From an uncultured Gemmatimonadales bacterium (GTDB lineage: Bacteria > Gemmatimonadota > Gemmatimonadetes > Gemmatimonadales > Gemmatimonadaceae): a stretch of DNA of 64,000 bases. The stretch is from positions 2,368,001 to 2,432,000 of the forward strand of contig CAWKMU010000003.1 of NCBI GenBank assembly GCA_963850905.1, given 5' to 3'. Below, one piece after another: positions 1 through 7,773 of this stretch. A program made the translations under genes and the position numbers. Each line of letters starts with the position of its first letter. Positions within the stretch are counted from its first letter, which is position 1. Under the pieces are notes generated by a model that made no database searches, was not told the DNA's origin, and saw nothing but the letters and a program-made list of their open reading frames with translations.

Positions 1-828
1 GATGGCGCCGCATCGCCCGCGTGTCTGGTCGAGCAGGCGCGGGCTGCGGGGCTCGCAGCGGTCGCACTGACTGACCACGACACCGTCAGTGGTGTGGCCG
101 CGGCGCGAGTGGCAGCGGCACGCTTGGACATCGAGGTGATCGCGGGCGTCGAGCTCAGTGCGGTCGAGGATGATGGCGAGGTGCACATCCTGGGGTTGCA
201 TCTGATGACGGCCGAAACGCTGGAGCCCATGCTCGAGCAGCTCCGCGAGGCGCGCGTGCGACGGGCGGTGACCATGCTGGAGCTGCTCAACGCGTTGGGC
301 GTACCGGTGACGATGGGTGACGTCATGACACAGGCCGGCACTGCGGCCGTCGGCCGACCGCACGTCGCGCGCGCGCTCATCGCAACTGGATGGGCAAAGG
401 ACGAGCGAGACGCGTTCGACCGCTTTCTGGGCGGCGGGCGACCGGCGTATGTCGCCAAGCAGCGCCTCCCTATCGTGGACGCCGTTCGAATGATCCACGA
501 CGCTGGCGGCGTCGCGGTGCTTGCGCACCCCGGACGTCAAGGCACACTCGCGCGCCTCACGGCGTTGCGCAACGCGGGTCTGGATGGCGTGGAAGTGCGG
601 CACCCGAGCCACTCGGCCGAAGACGAGGCTCGCCTCGCGGCGATCGCGGGCGCGCTCGCGTTGCTGCCCAGCGGTGGGTCCGATTGGCATGGTGCAATGG
701 ACGGCCCCCGCGTGCTCGGCGCCGTCAGTGTGCCGGCCGAGTGGTCCGACCGGCAGGCAGCGCAGGCGCGACGTCGTCAGCAATCGAGAAGTGACCAATG
801 GAGCTTGCCGGGCGCGTCGCACTCGTAA
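1..828 (+). CDS. PHP-domain phosphoesterase (TrpH/YciV-like), 5' end outside window
   Basis: Frame is open from base 1 (DGAASPA...ALTDHDT). Motifs GVELS, VHILG, GRPHVA, LAHP and GGSDWHG are typical PHP metal-binding motifs. Confidence 0.88.
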   Translation, partial: DGAASPACLVEQARAAGLAAVALTDHDTVSGVAAARVAAARLDIEVIAGVELSAVEDDGEVHILGLHLMTAETLEPMLEQLREARVRRAVTMLELLNALGVPVTMGDVMTQAGTAAVGRPHVARALIATGWAKDERDAFDRFLGGGRPAYVAKQRLPIVDAVRMIHDAGGVAVLAHPGRQGTLARLTALRNAGLDGVEVRHPSHSAEDEARLAAIAGALALLPSGGSDWHGAMDGPRVLGAVSVPAEWSDRQAAQARRRQQSRSDQWSLPGASHS

Positions 829-1529
829 CCGGCGCGGGCATCCGCGTTGGACGCGCGATCGCCGTGGGATTGGCCGGAGCGGGCGCGCGCATCGCCGTCC
901 ACTATAATGCATCCGCGAAGGGCGCCGACGGCGTCGTTGCGGAGATCCAGGCTGCGGGTGGAGACGCCGCAACGTTTCGCGCCGATCTCTCACGCGCCGA
1001 GACCTCCACGACACTCATCGAGGCGGTGGTCGAGCGGTTCGGCGATCTCGACGTCCTCATCAACTGCGCCGGGGTGATGCAGCGGACGCCGCTCGGCACC
1101 ATCACGCCGGAGATGTGGGACACGATCTTCGCCATCAATCTTCGGGCGCCGTTCTTCGTCGCCCAGGCGGCTGCCCCACACCTGTCGAAGCGTGGTGGCG
1201 CCATCGTCAACATTGCCGACCTGGCCGGCCTGGAGACGTGGTCGGGGTACATCCCGCACGGCATCAGCAAAGCGGGCGTGATCCAGATGACTCGCGCGCT
1301 CGCCCACGCCCTGGCCCCGCGAATCCGCGTCAACGCGGTCGCGCCGGGTGCCGTGCTGCTGCCGGAGCACTGGGACCAGGCGGCCGCTGATCACATCATC
1401 GCGACCACGCCGTTGCGGCGGTTGGGAAACACGTCGGACGTGGTGGGGGCGGTGCTGTACCTGCTCCGGGCGGACTACGTGACCGGACACACACTCGTCG
1501 TTGATGGCGGGCGCCGTGTCAGGACTTGA
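798..1529 (+). CDS. SDR-family oxidoreductase (pteridine reductase-like)
   Basis: TGAGIRVG Rossmann motif, VHYNAS, HxxSK in place of YxxxK, IRVNAVAPG, VDGGR. Confidence 0.82.
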   Translation: MELAGRVALVTGAGIRVGRAIAVGLAGAGARIAVHYNASAKGADGVVAEIQAAGGDAATFRADLSRAETSTTLIEAVVERFGDLDVLINCAGVMQRTPLGTITPEMWDTIFAINLRAPFFVAQAAAPHLSKRGGAIVNIADLAGLETWSGYIPHGISKAGVIQMTRALAHALAPRIRVNAVAPGAVLLPEHWDQAAADHIIATTPLRRLGNTSDVVGAVLYLLRADYVTGHTLVVDGGRRVRT

Positions 1530-1593
1530 CCAACGGAGCCTTCTGGCCGCCTCGGGGGCAGCTATTGGTCCACTCCGCGCCGAGCAGGAGGCG

Positions 1594-2403
1594 GTGCCGC
1601 GCCCGAGAGACCCGAACGCTGGGCCGCAGCAGTACGGCACCATCGTGGTGGTTGGGGGCGGCTGCTACGGGAGCTACTACGTGCGTCAACTGGGCCGCGC
1701 GCGCGCTGCTGGTGCACTGACGTGGAAGCGAGTCGCGGTCGTCGATCGAGATCCATCCTGCGCGGTCGGTCGCAGTCTCGCCACCGGCGAGACTGCGACG
1801 CCGGGTGTGGAACTCGCGACCACCGACTGGGATTTGTTTTTCAAGGAATACCTCGGATCCGCATGCGCGGATCCCGACGCAGCGTCGGCTGATGCGATCG
1901 TGCCCTCGCCGCTCATGCCCCACCTCATGTTTGAGTGGATACTCGCGCGCGCGAAGCTGCATTGGCCACATCGTGTGGTCGAGACGCGGCCCGTCGAACC
2001 GCTGCCCGACATGCCGTGGCAGCGCAGCGCACCGGATGGCACGCGGTATGTGAGCTTTGCGGAATGGGTGTGCCCCGTGAATTGCATCGAGCCGGCCACC
2101 TGTCCCAAGACGCGGGGCCCGCGGTGGTGGACGATGCCGACCGCCGTGCAGTCCTATGTCGCAGCAGCGCACGCGGCCGATCAGCCGCTGGCCGGGCCCG
2201 TTATCTTTCATTGTACACACCGGGCCTACGGCGTCGGAATGTTCGATACCGCGACGGCGGTCCAGGCAGATGTACTGATTCGAGACGCACCGCGGCGCGG
2301 GCCGGTGGACCTGATCGTCGGGACGGTGTCCCACTGTCACGGCGCCTTGAGCGTGGTTAGGATTGGCGCCGCTGATGGAGAGAACGGTGGAATCGTCGAC
2401 TGA
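1594..2403 (+). CDS. Hypothetical protein with N-terminal NAD(P)-binding-like fold and Cys/His-rich C-terminal domain (start uncertain)
   Basis: IVVVGGGCYG...VAVVDRD Rossmann-like motif, CPVNCIEPATCP, FHCTH, SHCHG. AGGAGG lies just upstream of GTG 1594. Overlaps the trxB start. Confidence 0.65.
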   Translation: MPRPRDPNAGPQQYGTIVVVGGGCYGSYYVRQLGRARAAGALTWKRVAVVDRDPSCAVGRSLATGETATPGVELATTDWDLFFKEYLGSACADPDAASADAIVPSPLMPHLMFEWILARAKLHWPHRVVETRPVEPLPDMPWQRSAPDGTRYVSFAEWVCPVNCIEPATCPKTRGPRWWTMPTAVQSYVAAAHAADQPLAGPVIFHCTHRAYGVGMFDTATAVQADVLIRDAPRRGPVDLIVGTVSHCHGALSVVRIGAADGENGGIVD

Positions 2404-3361
2404 GTACGATGTCATTATCGTCGGAGCAGGTCCGGCTGGGCTGACCGCGGCGCTGTACGCCGGGCGCTCCATGTTGCGCACGGTGGTGCTCGAGCTCCTG
2501 GCGCCGGGCGGTGAGCTGTTGAAGACGGAAACGATCGAGGACTATCCCGGCTTCGAGCACATCGACGGATCAAAACTCGCGGAGCTCTTCGAGAGTCACG
2601 CGCGGAAGTTCGGCGCCGAGATCCGTCCGTTCACCACGGTGACCGCCGTGCGCAAGCGGCCCGACGGGACGTTCGACGTCGAGACCGAAGGCGGCGAGCG
2701 GTTTCACGCACCGACCGTGATTGTGACTTCCGGTGGCACCCCGACCCACCTGAGTGTGCCTGGTGAAGAGGCGTATGCGGGCAAAGGCGTCTCGTACTGC
2801 GCGATTTGCGATGGCGCTTTCTTCAAGGGCCACACGATCGCGGTCGTGGGCGGTGGCGACGCCGCGGTCGAGGAGAGCGACTTCCTGACGCGGTACGCCG
2901 AGAAGGTGTATCTCATCCACCGCCGCGGCGACCTCCGTGCGTCCAAGATTCTGCAGCAGCGGTTGTTCGCCAATCCCAAGATCGAGGTCATTTGGGATAC
3001 CGTCGTCCGCGAGATCGTGGGTGACGCCAACGGGCTCGTACACCAGCTTCGCTTGCACAACCTCAGGACAGGCGCCGACGTCGATCTCGCCGCGACAGGG
3101 ATCTTCATTTTCGTCGGGTTTCGACCGAACACCGGCATCGTCGAGGCCCACGTCGATCACGATGACATGGGGTATCTGATCACCGACATCAACATGCAGA
3201 CGTCGCTCCCGGGGCTGTTCGCGGCCGGGGATGTGCGTGCGCAGCTCACTCGGCAGGTCACGACGGCTGCGGGCGATGCGACGACTGCGGCCATCGCGGC
3301 TGAGAAATACTTGACTGGCCGGCGCGGGAACCCGCCGAGTGTGGCGCCCGTGATCGGGTGA
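2387..3361 (+). CDS. trxB: Thioredoxin reductase (start 2375 or 2387)
   Basis: DVIIVGAGPAGLTAA, GVSYCAICDG redox pair, VVGGGDAAVEE, LIHRR, GLFAAGDVR. Confidence 0.95.
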   Translation: MESSTEYDVIIVGAGPAGLTAALYAGRSMLRTVVLELLAPGGELLKTETIEDYPGFEHIDGSKLAELFESHARKFGAEIRPFTTVTAVRKRPDGTFDVETEGGERFHAPTVIVTSGGTPTHLSVPGEEAYAGKGVSYCAICDGAFFKGHTIAVVGGGDAAVEESDFLTRYAEKVYLIHRRGDLRASKILQQRLFANPKIEVIWDTVVREIVGDANGLVHQLRLHNLRTGADVDLAATGIFIFVGFRPNTGIVEAHVDHDDMGYLITDINMQTSLPGLFAAGDVRAQLTRQVTTAAGDATTAAIAAEKYLTGRRGNPPSVAPVIG

Positions 3362-3377
3362 ACGGGAGGGTAGCGGT

Positions 3378-4028
3378 ATGATTGTCACAGCCACAAACGT
3401 CGGACCATTTCAGGAGAACGCGTATCTGGTCGTCGACGAGACCACCAACAAAGCGGTCTTCGTCGATCCGGGTGATGAAGGCGATCGGCTGCTGGAAGTC
3501 CTCCGCCGGTCGGGCGCCACCCTCGAGGCGATCTGGCTCACGCACGCGCACGTGGACCACATTGGCGCGATTGCAGCCCTGCGGCGCGTGCACGACGTTC
3601 CGATCTTGCTGCACCCGCTCGACGAGCCGGTGTATGCGGCGGGCGAGTCAGTGGCGCGGATGTACGGTATTCCGTTCGAGCGACCGCCGCATCCGGATGC
3701 GCCGTTGGCTGAAGGGCAGGCACTCCGGGTGGGGACGGCGGCGTTCGAGGTGATGCACGTGCCCGGACATGCGCCGGGCCACGTGTTGTTCGTCGGAGAT
3801 GACCTGGTGCTGGGCGGCGACCTCATATTCGCCGGTTCCATCGGACGGACCGACTTGCCGCTCAGCGATCCGGCCGCCATGCAGGAGTCGCTCAATCGTG
3901 CGGCGACGCTGCCCGAAAGACTGGTGATCCATCCCGGGCACGGCGGATCGACCACGGTTGGTCGCGAGCTCAAGAGCAATCCATTCCTATCGGGCATGGC
4001 GCGGGTGCTGGCGCAGGCGAGGAAGTAG
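3378..4028 (+). CDS. MBL-fold metallo-hydrolase (glyoxalase II/YcbL-like)
   Basis: THAHVDHIG, PGHAPGH, GDLIFAGSIGRTD, PGHG. GGAGG RBS upstream. Confidence 0.9.
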   Translation: MIVTATNVGPFQENAYLVVDETTNKAVFVDPGDEGDRLLEVLRRSGATLEAIWLTHAHVDHIGAIAALRRVHDVPILLHPLDEPVYAAGESVARMYGIPFERPPHPDAPLAEGQALRVGTAAFEVMHVPGHAPGHVLFVGDDLVLGGDLIFAGSIGRTDLPLSDPAAMQESLNRAATLPERLVIHPGHGGSTTVGRELKSNPFLSGMARVLAQARK

Positions 4029-4078
4029 GGCAGAACGGTGGGGTCATGGGCTAGGGGACGACCACCGCACGTGGGACT

Positions 4079-4319
4079 CGGCGGGTAGGGGCGACGCAAT
4101 GCGTCGCCCTACGGTGCGGCAATGCATCGCGGGATTCGGTGGCGCCCGCACGCGAGCGCGCGGACGTTGTGTGTGGTTGCGCCAACGGCGGGCGACGCAT
4201 GCGTCGGCCCCACGGTGCGGCAATGCATCGCGATTCGGTGGCGCCCGCACGCGAACGCGCCGACATTGTATGTGGTTGTGCCAACGGCGGGCGACGCATT
4301 GCGTCGCCCCTACCCGCCG
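4079..4319. repeat. REP/REPIN-like composite element: 31-bp perfect terminal inverted repeats around two ~100-bp tandem units
   Basis: 4079-4109 CGGCGGGTAGGGGCGACGCAATGCGTCGCCC is the exact reverse complement of 4289-4319. A degenerate third palindrome sits at ~4190-4212. Confidence 0.85.
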
Positions 4320-4378
4320 CACGACAACCATCGTTGTAATCCGTTGACCCCGATCCCTGACCTCGCCGCTAGCCTCCT

Positions 4379-4849
4379 GTGAGCCGCTACCTCACAATCG
4401 CCCTGCTCTCCGCCCTTTGGCTGGGCGCTGCCCTCATCGTGGCTGCCGTGGTAGCGCCGGCCGCGTTTGCGGCGCTGCCATCGCGGACCCTGGCTGGGGC
4501 TCTCGTGGGCCGCGTGCTCCCGGCGGTCTTCCTCTCGGGATGCGTCATCGCGATCGTGGCCGTGGTACTCAATGCAAGGGACGCGACGGCGGCTGGAGCG
4601 GCCATTCGCATCGCGGCGTCCATCGTCTGGGCTGCCACCTGCGCCACTGCACAGTTCATCGTGAGTCCGCGCATCGACCGGCTCCGCGAGGCGGCCGGCG
4701 CGCCGATTGACGCGTTGGCGCCAGACGCACCGCTGCGCGTCGCCTTCGGCCGCTTACACGGCGTGAGCGTGGGACAGCTTGGGCTCGCGATGCTGGCGGC
4801 GCTGCTCGTGCTCATCCTCGCTGCGCGAGCAACCATACGAAATGGATAG
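4379..4849 (+). CDS. DUF4149/TMEM205-like membrane protein
   Basis: Four hydrophobic segments, VAPAAFAAL and FGRLHGVS motifs. Confidence 0.75.
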   Translation: MSRYLTIALLSALWLGAALIVAAVVAPAAFAALPSRTLAGALVGRVLPAVFLSGCVIAIVAVVLNARDATAAGAAIRIAASIVWAATCATAQFIVSPRIDRLREAAGAPIDALAPDAPLRVAFGRLHGVSVGQLGLAMLAALLVLILAARATIRNG

Positions 4850-4857
4850 ATTACAGT

Positions 4858-6355
4858 ATGGCCACACGACTTAGAAACGAGCGGGATCCTCTCGGTCTCG
4901 TCGCCGTACCCAACGACGCCCTCTATGGGGTCCAGACCGAACGGGCGCGGCAGAACTTTCCCATCAGTGGGCTGACCGCGCCGCCAATCTTTGTGACGGC
5001 CACGACGTGGATCAAGAAAGCGGCCGCGCTCGTGCATCGCGAGACCGGGCGGCTCGACGCGGAGCGCGCCGACGCGATCGTCCGAGCGGCCGATGAGATC
5101 TTGAGCGGCAAGCATCTCGAGCACTTCGTCGTGGATGTGTTTCAGGCCGGAGCAGGCACCTCGCACAACATGAACGTGAATGAGGTCATCGCGAACCGCG
5201 CCAACGAATTGCTCGGTCACGCGCGCGGCAGCTACGAGCGCGTGCATCCGAATGACCACGTGAACATGGCGCAGTCGACGAACGATGTCATTCCCACGGC
5301 GATCAGGCTCGCGTGCCTCGCGCAACTGGATAAACTCATCGCGGCGGGGACCGAGCTCGCGCAGGCGTTTCGTCGTCAAGCGCTGGCCACCGATGATGTC
5401 GTGAAAGCCGGGCGGACGCATTTGCAAGATGCCATGCCGATTCGCCTCGGCCAGGAGATGGGCGCGTACGCCGGCTCGATCGAGCGCGGCCTGCGACGTG
5501 TCGAGCAGGCCGCGGACTTCTTGCGTGACCTGGGCATCGGCGGCAGTGCGGTCGGGACCGGTGTTAACGTCGAGCCGCAATATCCGAAGCTCATGGTGCA
5601 GTACCTCCGCGACATCTCGGGTCTGGATCTGCGTGAAGGGGAGGACCGCATCCAGCTCATGCAGAGCATGGGCGATGTCGCCGGGTACAGCGCCCAACTC
5701 CGTGTCCTCGCGCTGGATCTCAGCAAGATCGCGAGCGACCTTCGCCTGCTCGCGAGTGGTCCGCGCACGGGCCTCGACGAGATTCGGCTGCCCGCCGTGC
5801 AGCCGGGCTCGTCCATCATGCCGGGTAAGGTGAATCCTTCCATCCCGGAAATGGTCAATCAGGTGTGCTTTCAAGTGATCGGATGCGACGCGTGTGTAGC
5901 GGCTGCGGCAGAACACGGTCAGCTCGAGCTCAACGTCATGATGCCGGTCATCGCGTACAACGTGCTGCTCGCGGGCCAGATCCTGACCGGGGCGATGCGT
6001 ATCCTCGCGACCCGAGCCGTCGACGGGCTGGAGGCGAATCGTGAGCAGGCCGCGTACTGGGTGGAGCGATCCGCCGCCCTCGCGACCGCGCTCGCGCCGC
6101 AAATTGGCTACGCCCGTGCCGCTGAGCTGAGCAAACAATCCGTGAAGGAGAACGTCCTCATTCGCGACCTCGTCCGGCGCGAGCATGTGCTTGCCCGCGG
6201 CGGAGATCGATGACGTCCTGGACCTGCGGAAGATGACGGAGATCGGAGTACCCGGTGAGTCGCCGAAAAAGGCAGCATCGAAGCCGGCGGGTGGAAAGGG
6301 AAAGCCGGCGCGGAAAGCGGTCGGTGCTGGCACAGGGCGACGGGGGAGGAAATAG
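4858..6355 (+). CDS. aspA: Aspartate ammonia-lyase / class II fumarase family. Frameshift near 6200 (probably a sequencing error); corrected frame ends in a basic K/A/G-rich tail
   Basis: YGVQTERARQNF, GAGTSHNMNVNE, GRTHLQDA, GSSIMPGKVNP signature. EIDDVLDLRKMT continues in another frame to TAG at 6353-6355. Confidence 0.8.
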
Positions 6356-6495
6356 GGGCGGTCGCGCCCGTCGGCCGGCCGTTTGTGTGCGGCGTTCCGG
6401 TCGTCGTGTCCGCCGGAGGTCCGTTTGGGAGGCGCGGGACCGTCTAAGGACGCCAGCCTCTTGCAGTTGCGAGCCGCGGACCCTAACCTGCAGAC

Positions 6496-6951
6496 ATGCG
6501 CATTACGACCTGGGCGGAGTACGGGCTGATTTGTGCTCTGCACTTGGCCAGGCGCGCGACCGAAGGCCCCGTGACCGGCCGCGAGTTGGCGGCGCTGGAG
6601 CGGCTGCCGGCCGACTACGTCGAGCAGATTCTGTTGCGTCTGCGACGGGCGGATGTGGTGCGGAGCACACGAGGCGCGCACGGTGGCTACGTGCTGGCGC
6701 GGCCCGCCGAGTTGATCTCGGTTCGTGAGCTCATTGCGGCGTCCGAGGGAACGACCTTCGACCTGCACTGTGTCAGTCACCCGGTCGAAGAAGAGCGCTG
6801 CTCGGCCTCGCACAATTGCAGCATTCGGCCGGTGTGGGTGCTCCTCCAGCAAAAGATCGACGACGTGCTGGAAGGCGTGCACCTGTCGGACCTCCTGGAC
6901 GAGGAGGCCGTCGTCCGACAGCGGGTTGGCCTCCCGGTACTGCAGGCGTAG
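6496..6951 (+). CDS. Rrf2-family transcriptional regulator (IscR-like, three Cys)
   Basis: YVEQILLRLRRADVVRSTRGAHGGYVLARP, C-x9-C-x5-C (HCVSHPVEEERCSASHNC). Confidence 0.9.
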   Translation: MRITTWAEYGLICALHLARRATEGPVTGRELAALERLPADYVEQILLRLRRADVVRSTRGAHGGYVLARPAELISVRELIAASEGTTFDLHCVSHPVEEERCSASHNCSIRPVWVLLQQKIDDVLEGVHLSDLLDEEAVVRQRVGLPVLQA

Positions 6952-6987
6952 GCCGCTGGCCAGCGCCCGGCGCGCGTCCACCATCGC

Positions 6988-7560
6988 GTGCTGAAGCCCG
7001 ACTTCATTCGGAGTTGGCAAGCGGACCGCGCGCGCCGCGCACAGGCGACGGCGTACGTTGCCACGCTGCTGGCGGAGCCATCGGCGTCGGATGTCCGTTG
7101 GCTGACAGAGGGCGCGACGGCCGGCGACGAGGACCACGCCCGGTGGGAGCTGCGGTACGCGCGGTGTGCCGCGGGGTTGCTCGCTGCGCGGCGTGACGCG
7201 CTCGACGACCGTACCGCGTCACTCGTCTCGGCCGCCCTCGAGCGTGCGTGGCGACGAGACGCCCGCGTCGCCCCCGACCGTCGAGAGATCGCGACGCGGC
7301 AATTCAACACGCGGCTCGCCGCCTACACCGACGCTCTGGCTGAGAAAGATGGTCGCGAGGGCGCCAGCACCAAGCTCGCGCGCGTGTTGCTGGGCTTTTC
7401 GGGGCGTCTCGATCCCACGCCAACTGAGTTGGCTGCGGCAGGCGAACGCCTCGGCGGATATCTGCGCGAGAGCTCCGACGCGCTGAGACAAGCGTTTGGC
7501 GCGGCCGCATTGCCGGAAAACGAGCGGCCGTCGGCGGCGGCTGCGCGTCCCAAAAAATAG
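6988..7560 (+). CDS. Hypothetical protein
   Basis: 190-aa ORF with host-like codon usage that fills the gap after Rrf2. No motif recognised. Confidence 0.6.
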   Translation: MLKPDFIRSWQADRARRAQATAYVATLLAEPSASDVRWLTEGATAGDEDHARWELRYARCAAGLLAARRDALDDRTASLVSAALERAWRRDARVAPDRREIATRQFNTRLAAYTDALAEKDGREGASTKLARVLLGFSGRLDPTPTELAAAGERLGGYLRESSDALRQAFGAAALPENERPSAAAARPKK

Positions 7561-7606
7561 GACCGCGTTCCGCTCGCGCGTCCGGCCGCGTACAAACAAA
7601 AACGCG

Positions 7607-7685
7607 AAAGATCTTTATGTAGATTCTTACGCGATCACGATCATTGCGTGACACAGCTTGACATAGGTCGCAGTCTCCGTACCTT
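7607..7685 (+). promoter_or_regulatory. Putative sigma70 promoter of the susC locus with upstream palindromes
   Basis: TTGACA 7658-7663, 16-bp spacer, TACCTT 7680-7685. AAAGATCTTT palindrome at 7607-7616 and TCACG-N7-CGTGA at 7635-7651, in a locally AT-rich stretch. Confidence 0.55.
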
Positions 7686-7773
7686 GGCGCCCTTCGGCAT
7701 TCATACGCCGTGCACCCGGTTGATTCGACTGTCAACCTGGTGCACGGCGCAGACGTTCATGCGGAGGAGCGCA

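Noticed and set aside
4085..4312. Three regularly spaced palindromes resembling a mini CRISPR array
   Set aside because: The two ~75-bp 'spacers' are near-copies of each other, the end repeats are inverted, the repeat is dispersed elsewhere as a REP, and no cas genes are present.
4387..7137. 916-aa minus-strand ORF and many other long antisense ORFs
   Set aside because: Shadow frames of well-supported plus-strand genes in high-GC DNA, with no recognisable motifs.
7690..7700. CCCTTCGGCAT matches the tRNA-Leu 3' end (21964-21974), suggesting an att site bounding the accessory locus
   Set aside because: Only 11 bp, inverted rather than direct relative to the tRNA, and no integrase in the window. 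Compatible with chance.
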